64,000 bases of DNA from Opitutus sp. GAS368 (GTDB lineage: Bacteria; Verrucomicrobiota; Verrucomicrobiia; Opitutales; Opitutaceae), in NCBI GenBank assembly GCA_945861645.1, contig CAMAVZ010000005.1, positions 1-64,000 on the forward strand. The letters run 5' to 3'. Every line of letters starts with the position of its first letter. The stretch's first letter is position 1. The position numbers and the translations under genes are program-made. Shown here one piece after another: positions 31,003 to 41,181 of this stretch. A model generated the notes under the pieces. It saw only the letters and a program-made list of their open reading frames with translations, was not told where the DNA came from and searched no databases.

Positions 31003-31539
31003 GTGCAACGCCACCTGATTAATCCCGGGCTAGAATTACGGCAACTTCAACTGACCGAGACAGCAGCGTTATTTGCTTTAGTTAACACCAACCGCAGCGC
31101 GTTGCGCGAGTGGTTGCCCTGGGTTGACGCCACCAACCGGCTGGAAGATTCGCAGAAGTATATTAAGGGCACGCTGCGGGATTTTAAAGAATCCCGCGCT
31201 TTCACTTGTGGCATTTGGTCCATGGGCACCCTGGTCGGGGTGATCGGCCACAACCGGATCGACTGGGCGAATCGCATTGGCTTTCCCGCTTACTGGATTG
31301 TCCCCAGTAGCCAAGGGCAGGGGATCATGACGGCCTGCTGCCGCGCAGTGATTGACCATGCTTTTCGAGAGTTAAAGGTCAGTCGCGTCATCGTCGCCGT
31401 TGCCACGAGCAATTTGCGGGCGCAGAAAATCCCCGAGCGCTTGGGCTTCACTAAAATAAGCACGCTTAAGCAAGCGGAGTGGCTGTATGATCACCATGTG
31501 GATCATTACATTTACAGCCTAGCTGCGCCAAAACTGTAA
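31003..31539 (+). CDS. RimJ/RimL-family GNAT acetyltransferase
   Basis: NRSALREWLPW, YWI...QGQGIMT, N.RAQKIPERLGF. Confidence 0.88.
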   Translation: MQRHLINPGLELRQLQLTETAALFALVNTNRSALREWLPWVDATNRLEDSQKYIKGTLRDFKESRAFTCGIWSMGTLVGVIGHNRIDWANRIGFPAYWIVPSSQGQGIMTACCRAVIDHAFRELKVSRVIVAVATSNLRAQKIPERLGFTKISTLKQAEWLYDHHVDHYIYSLAAPKL

Positions 31540-31581
31540 GAAGGGGTTTACCCACTTACCATAAAACCAAGGTAGCGCTCG

Positions 31582-33681
31582 TTACTTTGCTTCTGGGCCC
31601 TCGAATACCGGCTTTTCTAGCGCCGGCTTCCCGCCGATATAACGGCTGAGCCAGCTCTGCATTTCCCAGTGCCAGTAAATCGCATTCTGCGGTGAGAGCA
31701 CCCAATGATTTTCATTGGGGAAAATAACGAGCCGTGACGGCACGCTCATCGCCTGCAGCACTCCATAGAGCTCGAGGCCGTTACCATAGGGGACGCGATA
31801 ATCTAATTCGCCATGCAGAACCAGGGTGGGCGTCTTGAAGTTTTTGGCGTAGAACATGGGATTCGCTTTCTGCAGACCCTCGACATTGGCCCAAGGCTTA
31901 CCGCCCATTACCTCGGGGAAGCCGTGCGGCACATCGCTGGCATATTGCGCGTAAGAACTATTCACCCCCGCGTGATCGATGATGGCCTTGAATCGATCCG
32001 TATGCCCGAGCACCCACGCCGCCATATAACCACCGTAGCTCGCCCCCGCCGCCGCCAGCCGCGTAGCATCAAGATTGGGTAACTTCTTTAAGAGGAAGTC
32101 TGTGCTTTTCATAATATCCTCAAAAGGCATTTCGCCCCACTGGTTGAGTATGCTTCTCGAGAATTTTTCCGAAAAACCTGTCGAGCCATGACGGTTAACC
32201 CAAGTGACCACGTAACCAGGCGCCGCGAAAACATGCGTATTCCAACGGTAGCTCCAACTGTCGCGACCCATCGTGTGGGGGCCACCATGCATCAACTGGA
32301 GCAGCGGGTAAGTTTTCTTGGCGTCGTAGCCCGGAGGGTAAACTAACCAACCCTGGATTTGCTCCGCATTCGCGCCAGTAAACCAGTAACTTTCGACCCG
32401 ACCAAGGTCGAGCTGAGCAACCACCGCATCATTAAAATGGGTGAGTTGCCGCGCCTGCCCCGTGGCTGGATCGAGCGTAAAAAGTTCAGCTGGACGACCC
32501 GTATTGTCATTCAGAAATACCAAGGTGCCGGCTTTAGTATCAACCGCCGTGGACGTACCAGCGGAATAGACTGGGGTTAGGCCCGTTCCGTCAGCGTTCA
32601 TCCGGAAAATGGGCAAAACTCCTTTTTCTTCCGCCGTGATCCAGAGCGTTTGCCCATCGGTAGAAAAATTGGCGCTCTCAATGCCGTAGTCTAAGGCCTC
32701 CGTCAGCGGAGTGCTTTTACCGGTCGCTAGCGTGTACCGCCAGAGTTTAGAAAATTCGCCGCTGTAATAAGGGGTTTCTTGCCGGCCGAAAATGAGCGAC
32801 TGACCATCCGGGGAAAAAATTGCGTTACTATCATCCGCTTTATTTTCTGGCGTTAAGTTCTGCATCTCGCCCGAGCCAGCGACGGTTAACAAATAAATAT
32901 CATGGTTAGGGAAAGCCTGATAAGGGGGCGGGGTCGTATTAATCGTCAGCGCGATACTTTTCCCATCAGGGGAAAGATCGTAGCCGATTTCGCCACTCAC
33001 TGTAAAAAGACGGCTCCAATGAGGAGTGAGATCCTGCACGGCCTTCGTGGTGAGATCTACCCGGACCAGCCGGTTAGCTAAATTATCAGTGAGGTAGTGA
33101 TCAAAATAGCGGTATTGGCGATTTTCCGTAACTTTCGCGGTCATCTTGGAATCTTTCCGCCGCTTAATTTCCTTCTTCATCGCGGCTAAATCAGTGCCGG
33201 CCAAAGTACCGGCCAGCTCCGGAATTACTGTCGTCGCCACAATGATACTTTGCCCATCGGGCAGCCACTGAGGGCCGGAGACACCAAAGGGCAGCTCAAG
33301 GATTTTCTCGGGTTCGCCACCATCCATCCGCAATACATAGAGCGAGGCATTCTCATCCTCACCCCGTTTGGAAATAAAAGCGATCCGCTGTCCATCCGGA
33401 CTCCACGTTGGGGCGCTATCACTCGCCGCCACCGTCGTCAGGCGGCGCACCGCGCCTCCCGCAACCGGCACTAACCATAAACTTGCGGTGCTCTTATTTT
33501 TTTCAATCGACCAGTCGGTCACACTTAAAACGACCACCTGCCCATCAGGAGAAAGCGCAGGGGCGCCCAGCCGCTTCATTGCCCATAAATCTTGCGGAGT
33601 GATTGGGCGTAAATCGGCGGCGTAAGCTTGCGCTGCCATTACCGCCGTGAGGATTAAAGCGATCGCACGAAATAATTTCAT
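31582..33681 (-). CDS. Secreted S9-family (prolyl oligopeptidase-like) peptidase
   Basis: Signal peptide, repeated SPDG propeller blades, HGGP, GASYGG nucleophile, HGELDYRV, ENHWV. Confidence 0.93.
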   Translation of the reverse strand: MKLFRAIALILTAVMAAQAYAADLRPITPQDLWAMKRLGAPALSPDGQVVVLSVTDWSIEKNKSTASLWLVPVAGGAVRRLTTVAASDSAPTWSPDGQRIAFISKRGEDENASLYVLRMDGGEPEKILELPFGVSGPQWLPDGQSIIVATTVIPELAGTLAGTDLAAMKKEIKRRKDSKMTAKVTENRQYRYFDHYLTDNLANRLVRVDLTTKAVQDLTPHWSRLFTVSGEIGYDLSPDGKSIALTINTTPPPYQAFPNHDIYLLTVAGSGEMQNLTPENKADDSNAIFSPDGQSLIFGRQETPYYSGEFSKLWRYTLATGKSTPLTEALDYGIESANFSTDGQTLWITAEEKGVLPIFRMNADGTGLTPVYSAGTSTAVDTKAGTLVFLNDNTGRPAELFTLDPATGQARQLTHFNDAVVAQLDLGRVESYWFTGANAEQIQGWLVYPPGYDAKKTYPLLQLMHGGPHTMGRDSWSYRWNTHVFAAPGYVVTWVNRHGSTGFSEKFSRSILNQWGEMPFEDIMKSTDFLLKKLPNLDATRLAAAGASYGGYMAAWVLGHTDRFKAIIDHAGVNSSYAQYASDVPHGFPEVMGGKPWANVEGLQKANPMFYAKNFKTPTLVLHGELDYRVPYGNGLELYGVLQAMSVPSRLVIFPNENHWVLSPQNAIYWHWEMQSWLSRYIGGKPALEKPVFEGPEAK

Positions 33682-33772
33682 AAACCAGTAGGAATAGCAG
33701 GCCCTCGCTCTTAGTCAAAGACGGAGGAGGGAGGAAATACCACCCGGCTAAAATTACTTTTTAAAATACCAG

Positions 33773-34510
33773 CTAACGTGATTCGGTCCATTCTGCCGAG
33801 GTGTATTGCTCCGTAAGGCCAGTCACTTCGTCTTCCTGCCACTCCGGCCAAGGCGTAGGCTGCGCGGTTGTGCCAAGGGCTAACGCTATACCGGTGGTAA
33901 ATTTTTCCGAAAATAAATCCCAATCGATCGGGCCCAGGCTCCCTTTTTCAATTGAGCCCTGAAAGAGCAAGCCGTGCTTATTGCGTTTCTGCGCCGCGCC
34001 GGCAATTTTTACTCCACGATTTGCTTGGACGACGTCGTAAAGTTCCGCGCGCTGGAAACATACGCCTGGGCGCGCTGAATCGACCGAGGATTGCGCCACA
34101 GGCTCCTTCGCTTGATCATTTAGGCTGGCGCACTGCTGGTTCACCTCCGCGGACTGCCCTAATGCAACCAAGGCGGCCGCTAAACATTCATGCACGATGC
34201 GGTACGATTGCGCGGCCCGAGCGTCGTAAAGTTCATGTCCACGTGGGATCACCAACGCGTAAGTCCAATCCGTGCGATGATCAACGATGCCGCCGCCGGT
34301 CGGCCGGCGACAAAGGTCGAAACTTTCCGCCGGAGGTAAGTGGGTGCGAACGAAATCTATTTTTTGGCTATAGCCAAAAGTGTAAGCGGACCCTCGCCAT
34401 TCATAATGCCGAAAGCGCGGCACGCTGCCGGTGGGGTAGCGCTGCAATAACATAAAATCGCTGGCCATATTTTCCGCAGCACCAGCGGTACGAACAGGAA
34501 GAAGATGCAC
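33773..34510 (-). CDS. Lipoate-protein ligase / octanoyltransferase family protein
   Basis: ENMASD, RRPTGGGIVDH, CF, KIAGAAQKR, QGSI. Confidence 0.87.
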   Translation of the reverse strand: MHLLPVRTAGAAENMASDFMLLQRYPTGSVPRFRHYEWRGSAYTFGYSQKIDFVRTHLPPAESFDLCRRPTGGGIVDHRTDWTYALVIPRGHELYDARAAQSYRIVHECLAAALVALGQSAEVNQQCASLNDQAKEPVAQSSVDSARPGVCFQRAELYDVVQANRGVKIAGAAQKRNKHGLLFQGSIEKGSLGPIDWDLFSEKFTTGIALALGTTAQPTPWPEWQEDEVTGLTEQYTSAEWTESR

Positions 34511-34532
34511 GCCGGTTAGATTTACGGCTATT

Positions 34533-34920
34533 TCAGCAAGGCCAAATGAATTTTACCTCTCGGCCTGGGGAATGCATGGTTAAACTCCTCCGGTGGAAAC
34601 GGCGTAGGCCTGCGCGCGCCGGATCGCTGATGGTGAGCGCAACGTAGCGCCCCGCCGGCATGAGTGCTGCGCGCTGATCGACCGCGCTGGCCTCCACATG
34701 ATTGGCCGTCCGAATAATAATTTTCCCGCCCTCCGGCATGATTTTTTTGCATGCGCACAAAGCTTTAATAAGGCCTGTTGAAATTGCGTCGGGGTGATTC
34801 GCGTTTGCCCTAAATCGGAGGCCAAGCGCAGCTCCAGCAAAACTTTGTTACCGGCTACTTGCCGAAGAATGGGGGCGAGGGAGCGTAGGAGGGAATTAAG
34901 GTTAACCGCCTCCCAGACGT
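34533..34920 (-). pseudogene. Remnant of a hybrid histidine kinase HATPase region, frameshifted at an A7 run
   Basis: One frame reads VNLNSLLRSLAPILRQ...LELRLASDLG...QFQQALLKL; the next reads MPEGGKIIIRTAN...PAGRYVALTISD; the frames join at T7 (34742-34748); N box and G boxes are absent. Confidence 0.65.
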
Positions 34921-35153
34921 TGGCTGAATCGCAAGCACCCGCGGGGGGATGGGACCTAGCGAGGCATAATTAAGACGCGGGCCTGGCAATCATAGCTAAA
35001 ACCAACTGCCTCACCGCGGTCAGGTGGGCTTTATTCGCCGTCCGCGCTAACCGAAATAAATTTCGCAACTCAGGCAAGGCCATGGCCAATCATGGTGGGT
35101 CAGCACTCCACGCTGTCAAAATTAACCGGGACCTGCAGGCTAGAGTTTCTTCT

Positions 35154-35933
35154 ATGCTCCCCGTCCCTGAAATTCCCCTTTGGGCTTATCCGGCCCTCTT
35201 CGCCACCGGCTTAGTTGCGGGTACCGTTGATGCAATCGCCGGCGGCGGCGGCCTCATTGCTTTACCGGCCTTACTCGGACTGGGGATCCCAGCCCCTCTC
35301 GCGCTCGCGACCTCCAAGTTGCAGGGAACTTTTGGGTCAGCTTCGGCGGCCTGGAGTTTTGTCCGTCGCGGGGTGGTGAACCTCCGCGAGTGCCGACTGG
35401 GGTTTGCCCTGACCGCTCTCGGCGGCTTGGTCGGGGCTGGCGCGATGCGACTGCTTGATCCCTATTTTCTTAGTGCCCTGATCCCTTGGTTGCTGGGAGC
35501 CATCGTTATTTATATGATTTTTCGGCCGCAGCTTGGAGAAAATAGCCGGCATCACCGCATGGCGGCGCTCACTTTCTATTTAATCTTTGGCTTGGGTTTA
35601 GGCTTTTATGATGGGTTTTTCGGACCTGGCGTGGGCTCTTTTTGGACCATCGCCTTCGTCACCCTGCTGGGCCATGACTTCGTCCGCGCGGCGGGCCACA
35701 CCAAGGTGATGAATTTCGCGAGTAATATCTCTGCGCTGATTTATTTTTCCATTGCTGGTACTGTTCTTTGGTTGCCCGGTCTGGCTATGGGCGCGGGCCA
35801 ATTAGTCGGCGGTCGCCTCGGGGCGCATTTAGCCATGACTCGGGGCGCGCGTTTTGTCCGACCCCTTTTTCTTTTCATGGCTTCCCTCGTGGCCCTAAAA
35901 CTTCTCTTTACCCATTTTAACCATGGCCGGTAA
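35154..35933 (+). CDS. TSUP (TauE/SafE, YfcA-like) membrane transporter
   Basis: DAIAGGGGLI, ATSKLQ, GFYDGFFGPGVGSF, KVMNFASN; ATG at 35154. Confidence 0.9.
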   Translation: MLPVPEIPLWAYPALFATGLVAGTVDAIAGGGGLIALPALLGLGIPAPLALATSKLQGTFGSASAAWSFVRRGVVNLRECRLGFALTALGGLVGAGAMRLLDPYFLSALIPWLLGAIVIYMIFRPQLGENSRHHRMAALTFYLIFGLGLGFYDGFFGPGVGSFWTIAFVTLLGHDFVRAAGHTKVMNFASNISALIYFSIAGTVLWLPGLAMGAGQLVGGRLGAHLAMTRGARFVRPLFLFMASLVALKLLFTHFNHGR

Positions 35934-37182
35934 ATTACCTTCCCGCCTTACGCCGAGGCTTTATCTCGACCAACATCAGGACGAGTTAACCGCTTTCCTG
36001 CAGAAAATTATTCGCCTACGGACGGTTAATCCTCCGGGAGAAAATTACGGCGCCATCACCCAGCTATTGGCCACCTCCTTACGCGACCTAGGTTTGCAGG
36101 TTCGCCGACTTCCGGTTCCCCGCGCGTTTCAAAATAAAGCCCTCCCCGGCTTAGTTGGTTATCCCCGCTACAACGTCATTGGTTTTTGGGATGCCGGCGC
36201 CAAGAAAACCATCCACTTTAACGCGCACTACGATGTGGTTCCGGTTTCAGGCCGCTGGCGGCATGGTTCCGCCTTTAATCCTATGCTCGAGCGCGGTTGG
36301 GTTTATGGTCGCGGGACCGCTGACATGAAGGGTGCGATTGCCAGTATTATTTTTGCGCTCCAGGCACTCCGGCAAACTGGCGTCCGCCCAAATTTTAATA
36401 TCGAGGTCTCTTTTGTCGCCGATGAAGAAACGGATAGCGCCCTCGGTACCGGCTGGATCGCTCGATACGGTAAACTGCGCGCTGATTATGCCGTGGTGGG
36501 CGAAGGGGGTGAAGGCAATGCGATCTGTTGTGGGCATAATGGGGTGGTCTGGCTGAATGTGCAGGTTCACGGCAAGGCCGCGCACGGCTCGCTGCCAACG
36601 CAAGGCATCAACGCCCTCGAAAAAATGGCGGCGCTCGTTTTAGCCCTCAATAGCTACAAACGCCAATTAGCGCGCCAGACTTTCCGCGCCCCAAACGGCG
36701 AAACGCTTCGTCCCACTATAAATATTGGCGGCGTTTTCTCCGCCGGAGAGGGCGGCAAGGTCAATACGGTACCCGCCGCGGCCAGCTTTACCATCGATCG
36801 CCGAGTGCTGCCTAATGAAAATGTCCGCACCGCGGAGCGGGCGCTAACCGCCTTCCTAAAATTAGCCGCCCGCCAAATTCCCCAGTGCCGCATTACTGTT
36901 AGTAAAATCTCCGACAACTTCTCGTGCTACCGGCCACCAAACCATCCGTTGTTCGCGGCCCTGCAAGCGAGCGTGTCCCGCATTCGCCGCCGACCCACTC
37001 AGTTTATGGTCTCAACCGGCTTTAATGATATGCATTTTTTTGCGCAGGTTAAAAGAATTCCCACCTTGGGCTACGGCCCCGGGGGCGTAGATTACCATGG
37101 GGTTGATGAACGGGCGCGCGTTAAAGACTTGGTCGATTCCGCAAAAATTTACGCAGACCTGCTCACGACCTTTCGGGGGTAA
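35923..37182 (+). CDS. M20-family metallohydrolase (ArgE/DapE-like)
   Basis: NAHYDVVP, GRGTADMKG, DEE, GE, GKAAHGS, YGPG...HGVDE. Confidence 0.9.
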   Translation: MAGKLPSRLTPRLYLDQHQDELTAFLQKIIRLRTVNPPGENYGAITQLLATSLRDLGLQVRRLPVPRAFQNKALPGLVGYPRYNVIGFWDAGAKKTIHFNAHYDVVPVSGRWRHGSAFNPMLERGWVYGRGTADMKGAIASIIFALQALRQTGVRPNFNIEVSFVADEETDSALGTGWIARYGKLRADYAVVGEGGEGNAICCGHNGVVWLNVQVHGKAAHGSLPTQGINALEKMAALVLALNSYKRQLARQTFRAPNGETLRPTINIGGVFSAGEGGKVNTVPAAASFTIDRRVLPNENVRTAERALTAFLKLAARQIPQCRITVSKISDNFSCYRPPNHPLFAALQASVSRIRRRPTQFMVSTGFNDMHFFAQVKRIPTLGYGPGGVDYHGVDERARVKDLVDSAKIYADLLTTFRG

Positions 37183-37218
37183 GGGACGCGCGCTGGACGT
37201 CACCTGCTCGACCGGCCA

Positions 37219-38142
37219 TTACGGCGTGATCGGCGGCAAGTCTGCGAGTAGGTGTCGTGCCACGGCGGCAATAATCGCCCGATTACTGGCGTGCTCCCGC
37301 CCCTCGGTGAAGGTTACGATAATGATGCGACCGCCATCCGGCAAACCGATCAAGGCCGCGTCGTGCCGCGCCCAACTCACCCAGCCAGCCTTAGACCATA
37401 ACTTCATTCCCGGCGCTAGCGCGGGGGCAGTAAAACTAAGGCCTTCCTCATCAACTCCTGGCGTGGGCGCTTTCGTTAGATCACGCTGCATGAGCGCCAG
37501 CATTTCGCTGGAACACGCCGGGGAAATCCAGCGCCCCAATGCTATTTCTTGGAGGAGCTGGGCGGTGTCGTTGGTCGAAAGAAAATTTCGGGCCGGCCCA
37601 TGCACCGTCGTATCCTGTTTTTCCCGCCCATAGGGACCTTCGCCCCAAGTTTTACGTTGGGCGTTTACATTGGTGTAATCGAGCGCCTGAAAATATTGCG
37701 TGACCACTCCGCGCTGTTGGCTCCAAGCCGCTAACTCTGCCGCCGGCATTTCCGGGCCACTCGTAGTAAGAGTGATGGCATCAACAATGTAACTCGTCGC
37801 CTCGTTAAAAGATTCTACGATCATATCGCGCAAGCCCCGCCGCAGCTCAGGAGAATCCGCCAAGCGACCAGCGGCCAGCAGGTGATGCGTGTAGGCTAGA
37901 AAAAATAATTTAATGACACTCGCTGGATAAAATCGCTCCGCCCCGCGATAATCAGCTCTGCGCGGAGCCTGCGGTTGGCGTAAATCGATTACCGTAATTG
38001 CCAACTGTGCAGGCTTTAGTTGGGGGGTAGAAAACTCTGACTGCACGGCGCGCACCGTGCGATCAAGCCGCGTGGCCCAATCCGCGGAAGTCGCAGCCGA
38101 CAAAACTCCGACTAGTAATAAAAAAACCAACGTAACTTTCAT
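37219..38142 (-). CDS. Secreted class A beta-lactamase-like serine hydrolase
   Basis: PASVIK (SxxK), ESFN (SDN-like), WSKAG (KTG-like); signal peptide. Confidence 0.82.
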   Translation of the reverse strand: MKVTLVFLLLVGVLSAATSADWATRLDRTVRAVQSEFSTPQLKPAQLAITVIDLRQPQAPRRADYRGAERFYPASVIKLFFLAYTHHLLAAGRLADSPELRRGLRDMIVESFNEATSYIVDAITLTTSGPEMPAAELAAWSQQRGVVTQYFQALDYTNVNAQRKTWGEGPYGREKQDTTVHGPARNFLSTNDTAQLLQEIALGRWISPACSSEMLALMQRDLTKAPTPGVDEEGLSFTAPALAPGMKLWSKAGWVSWARHDAALIGLPDGGRIIIVTFTEGREHASNRAIIAAVARHLLADLPPITP

Positions 38143-38167
38143 GGGTAGAAAAGCTGACGGCTAAAAC

Positions 38168-38752
38168 CTAGCTGCTCCAACCGCGCCGGATCATATTTAC
38201 GGCAATCGCGGCCAACAGCATGGAAACTATTTTGGAAATAGCTCGCAGCCCGGTTGGGCTAATTTTTTGCCCCAGCCACACACTATAATGAAGAGCAAAA
38301 ACCACGATCCCGAGATTAACCGCCAAGGCCACCAACGTAACCCCTAAGCCAATTGCCTGGGTTTGCGCTAACACGAGCAAAGTGGTGATCGAAGCTGGCC
38401 CAGCAATTAGCGGCATACCTAAAGGCACGACCCCAAAATCCTCCGGCAACTTTTCCGGTTCGGCCGCAGACTGAATTAAATCCTTAGCGGCCAGAATGAA
38501 CAATATAAGCCCCCCCGCGATTTGAAAATCACTCACCGAAATTCCGACGGCCTTGAATACATTTTGCCCGAGGAAAAGAAAGCCCAAGGCAACGAGTCCC
38601 CCCGTCCAAGTGGCCTGATCGGCGATTTTCTGCCGTTGCACCGGCGCTACATTTTGCCCGAGGCCGAGAAAAATTGCCACCAACCCGATGGGGTCGATCG
38701 CAACAAATAAGGGAATAAACGCCTGCATAAACTTTGTCAGCATTTCGGTCAT
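38168..38752 (-). CDS. MarC-family membrane protein
   Basis: LFVAIDPIG, FQIAGGLILF, VPLGMPLIAGPASIT. Confidence 0.9.
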   Translation of the reverse strand: MTEMLTKFMQAFIPLFVAIDPIGLVAIFLGLGQNVAPVQRQKIADQATWTGGLVALGFLFLGQNVFKAVGISVSDFQIAGGLILFILAAKDLIQSAAEPEKLPEDFGVVPLGMPLIAGPASITTLLVLAQTQAIGLGVTLVALAVNLGIVVFALHYSVWLGQKISPTGLRAISKIVSMLLAAIAVNMIRRGWSS

Positions 38753-38902
38753 ACTATTTTTTTAATTTATCGCCCCGAAAAGGCAACGCCGGGCGCGCGG
38801 CAGATAAAACAATATCTGCGCAAACCGCGACGGCTCTTTCCGCTCTGCTTAGGCTGGCTCCCTGCGAACCGGGAAAAAGCACGTATCCCGTCTGATAAAT
38901 AT

Positions 38903-39844
38903 TTATCCCGCTCGCGCCAGATGGCGTAAAGCCGGCGCAAGGTCGGGAAAGTCAAACTGAAAACCCGCCGCCAATAAACGGCTGGGAACACAAACCCGCC
39001 CCCCGAGAATAAGGGTAGAGTCCGTTTTCATTAAATAGCGCGCCGCCAGTTTAACTAAAAACGCTGGCGCCGGCGGCGTCCACGGGCGCGGCCACGATTG
39101 GCGCAAGATCGCCATGAAGCGTGCATTGGTCACCCCCAAGGGTGCGCAGACATTATAAACCCCCGTAAGCTCTGGCCGTAAAATAACCTGTTGGAAAACT
39201 CGCCGCACATCCTGCTGATGAACCCAGGCAAACCCTTGAGTCCCGGCCCCCGCCGCCCCGCCGAGGAAAAATTGCGTTAACCGCGCGAGCAGCGGATAGG
39301 CCCCGCCGTGAGCGTCAAGCACCACCCCGAGCCGCAAGATGACCGGTCGTATTTTAGCCGGACAAGCCGCTTGAAAGGCAGTTTCCCACTGCCGACACAC
39401 TTCCGCTAAAAAATCGGTGCCGACTGGTGAGGCCTCATCGCAGTGCGCCGCACCCACAAAACCGTAGTAACCAACCGCGCTGGCTTGCACCCAAACCGCT
39501 GGCGGCTGAGAGCATTCCGCCGCCGCTCGCCCTAGGGCGGCCACCGCCCGCAAACGAGAGTGAAGGATCTCGTGACGATGCTTGGGGGTGAAAACACAGT
39601 TAATGCTACGGCCCACTAAATTTACTAAAGCCGCCGCGCCCTCGAGCTCTGCCGCCCACGGACCATTTTCTGCTCCGTCCCAATAAACCAACCGAACCGG
39701 CGCAGCCAAGATAGGATCAATCGCCAGCTGTTGCTGGGGCTTACGGGTTAAAACAACCACGTCCCAACCCATTTTTACCAGGTCCTGAGCCAAGGCTCGA
39801 CCAAGCAACCCACTGCCCCCCGCCAGAATAACTTTAGACCTCAT
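38903..39844 (-). CDS. TIGR01777/YfcH-like NAD-dependent epimerase
   Basis: GGSGLLG, VNLVG, ASAVGYYG, FLAEVCRQWE, LRLGVVL, GFQFDFP. Confidence 0.88.
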   Translation of the reverse strand: MRSKVILAGGSGLLGRALAQDLVKMGWDVVVLTRKPQQQLAIDPILAAPVRLVYWDGAENGPWAAELEGAAALVNLVGRSINCVFTPKHRHEILHSRLRAVAALGRAAAECSQPPAVWVQASAVGYYGFVGAAHCDEASPVGTDFLAEVCRQWETAFQAACPAKIRPVILRLGVVLDAHGGAYPLLARLTQFFLGGAAGAGTQGFAWVHQQDVRRVFQQVILRPELTGVYNVCAPLGVTNARFMAILRQSWPRPWTPPAPAFLVKLAARYLMKTDSTLILGGRVCVPSRLLAAGFQFDFPDLAPALRHLARAG

Positions 39845-39973
39845 TACGATCAGTAAAAGCCGCTTCCTTTTTTAGGCAAACCTCCCTTGGCCTTCAGCGG
39901 GGCAGCGCGGGCAGGACACGGTGCAAGATGGATTGCCTCGTTGCGTCGCGGCTCGCAATGACAAGGGCGCCGC

Positions 39974-41134
39974 ATGTGTTCCGCTCTTATTAATTTCTAC
40001 GATTTAACCCGCGAGGAACTTCGCCAACTTGTCGTCCGCTGGGGCTATAGCCCCACCCACGCCGCACGCCTTTGGCGCTATAGTTATGGAGAGGGCTTAA
40101 CTCATTGGGCGGAGATGCCAGAGCTGCCGAAGCGCTTTAGGTCCCAAGCAGAAAGCGCATTAACTTTTTCCCGTCTGCCCGTCGCCGTTGAAACCCACAG
40201 CACCGATGGATTTACCCGCAAATACTTACTGACCCTCAACGATGAGCGGAAAATCGAAACCGTTCTGATGCGTTACACCGGCCGCGTGACCGCGTGCATC
40301 AGCAGCCAGGCCGGTTGCGCGATGGGCTGTGTGTTTTGCGCTACGGGACAAATGGGGTTTGCCCGCCACCTCAGCGCTGGTGAAATTGTGGCGCAAGCGC
40401 TGCATGTGGACCAAGCCCTGAGGCATACCGCGCCAGCACGAGGGCAACTCTTCCCCGAGAAAACAAATGCCGGGGTGGCGCTTCCTAAGACATCGCCCGA
40501 CCGATCACCCCCTTTGGCCAATCCCCACAGCGCCTCCCCCCATGAACGCCATGAGCGCCTCCGGAACATCGTCCTGATGGGGATGGGCGAGCCGCTCCAC
40601 AATTATGACGCAGTATTGAAAGCAGTTGATATTTTGTGTGACCAAACCGGCCTAGCGCTTGGCGCGAAGAAAATAACCCTGAGCACCGTGGGGGTTATTC
40701 CTGGGATTATCCGGCTCGCTGATGAAGCGCGTGCCGTCAGCCTCGCCGTCTCGTTGCACGGCGCCACCCAAGCTGAACGGGCAGCGCTGGTCCCCGTGGC
40801 AAGCAAGTGGCCCTTGGACGCCTTGATGGAGGCGTGTCGTTATTACAGCACAAAGCTCCAGCGCAGAATATTTTATGAATGGACTTTGATTGAAGGAAAA
40901 AATGATTCATCCCTCAGCGCCCACGCGGTTGGCCAACTCCTGCAAGGGCAACCCGCGCAAGTTAATCTCATCCCGCTAAACCCCACCTCGGGCTACGGCG
41001 GAGCACCGACGGGCCAAGAGGCCGCGCGCCGCTTTCAGCATATCCTCGCCGATTACGGTTTGCCTAGCACTATGCGGCAACGTCGCGGCATTGATATCGC
41101 CGCCGGGTGCGGGCAACTGGCGATTCGCCCGTAG
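39974..41134 (+). CDS. rlmN: RlmN-family radical SAM RNA methyltransferase
   Basis: CISSQAGCAMGCVFCATG, MGMGEP, SLH, NLIPLNP, DIAAGCGQL. Confidence 0.9.
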   Translation: MCSALINFYDLTREELRQLVVRWGYSPTHAARLWRYSYGEGLTHWAEMPELPKRFRSQAESALTFSRLPVAVETHSTDGFTRKYLLTLNDERKIETVLMRYTGRVTACISSQAGCAMGCVFCATGQMGFARHLSAGEIVAQALHVDQALRHTAPARGQLFPEKTNAGVALPKTSPDRSPPLANPHSASPHERHERLRNIVLMGMGEPLHNYDAVLKAVDILCDQTGLALGAKKITLSTVGVIPGIIRLADEARAVSLAVSLHGATQAERAALVPVASKWPLDALMEACRYYSTKLQRRIFYEWTLIEGKNDSSLSAHAVGQLLQGQPAQVNLIPLNPTSGYGGAPTGQEAARRFQHILADYGLPSTMRQRRGIDIAAGCGQLAIRP

Positions 41135-41181
41135 TTTTTTGCCTTTGCCAAAGAGCGGACGACCACTAGGTCTAAGCGCTC

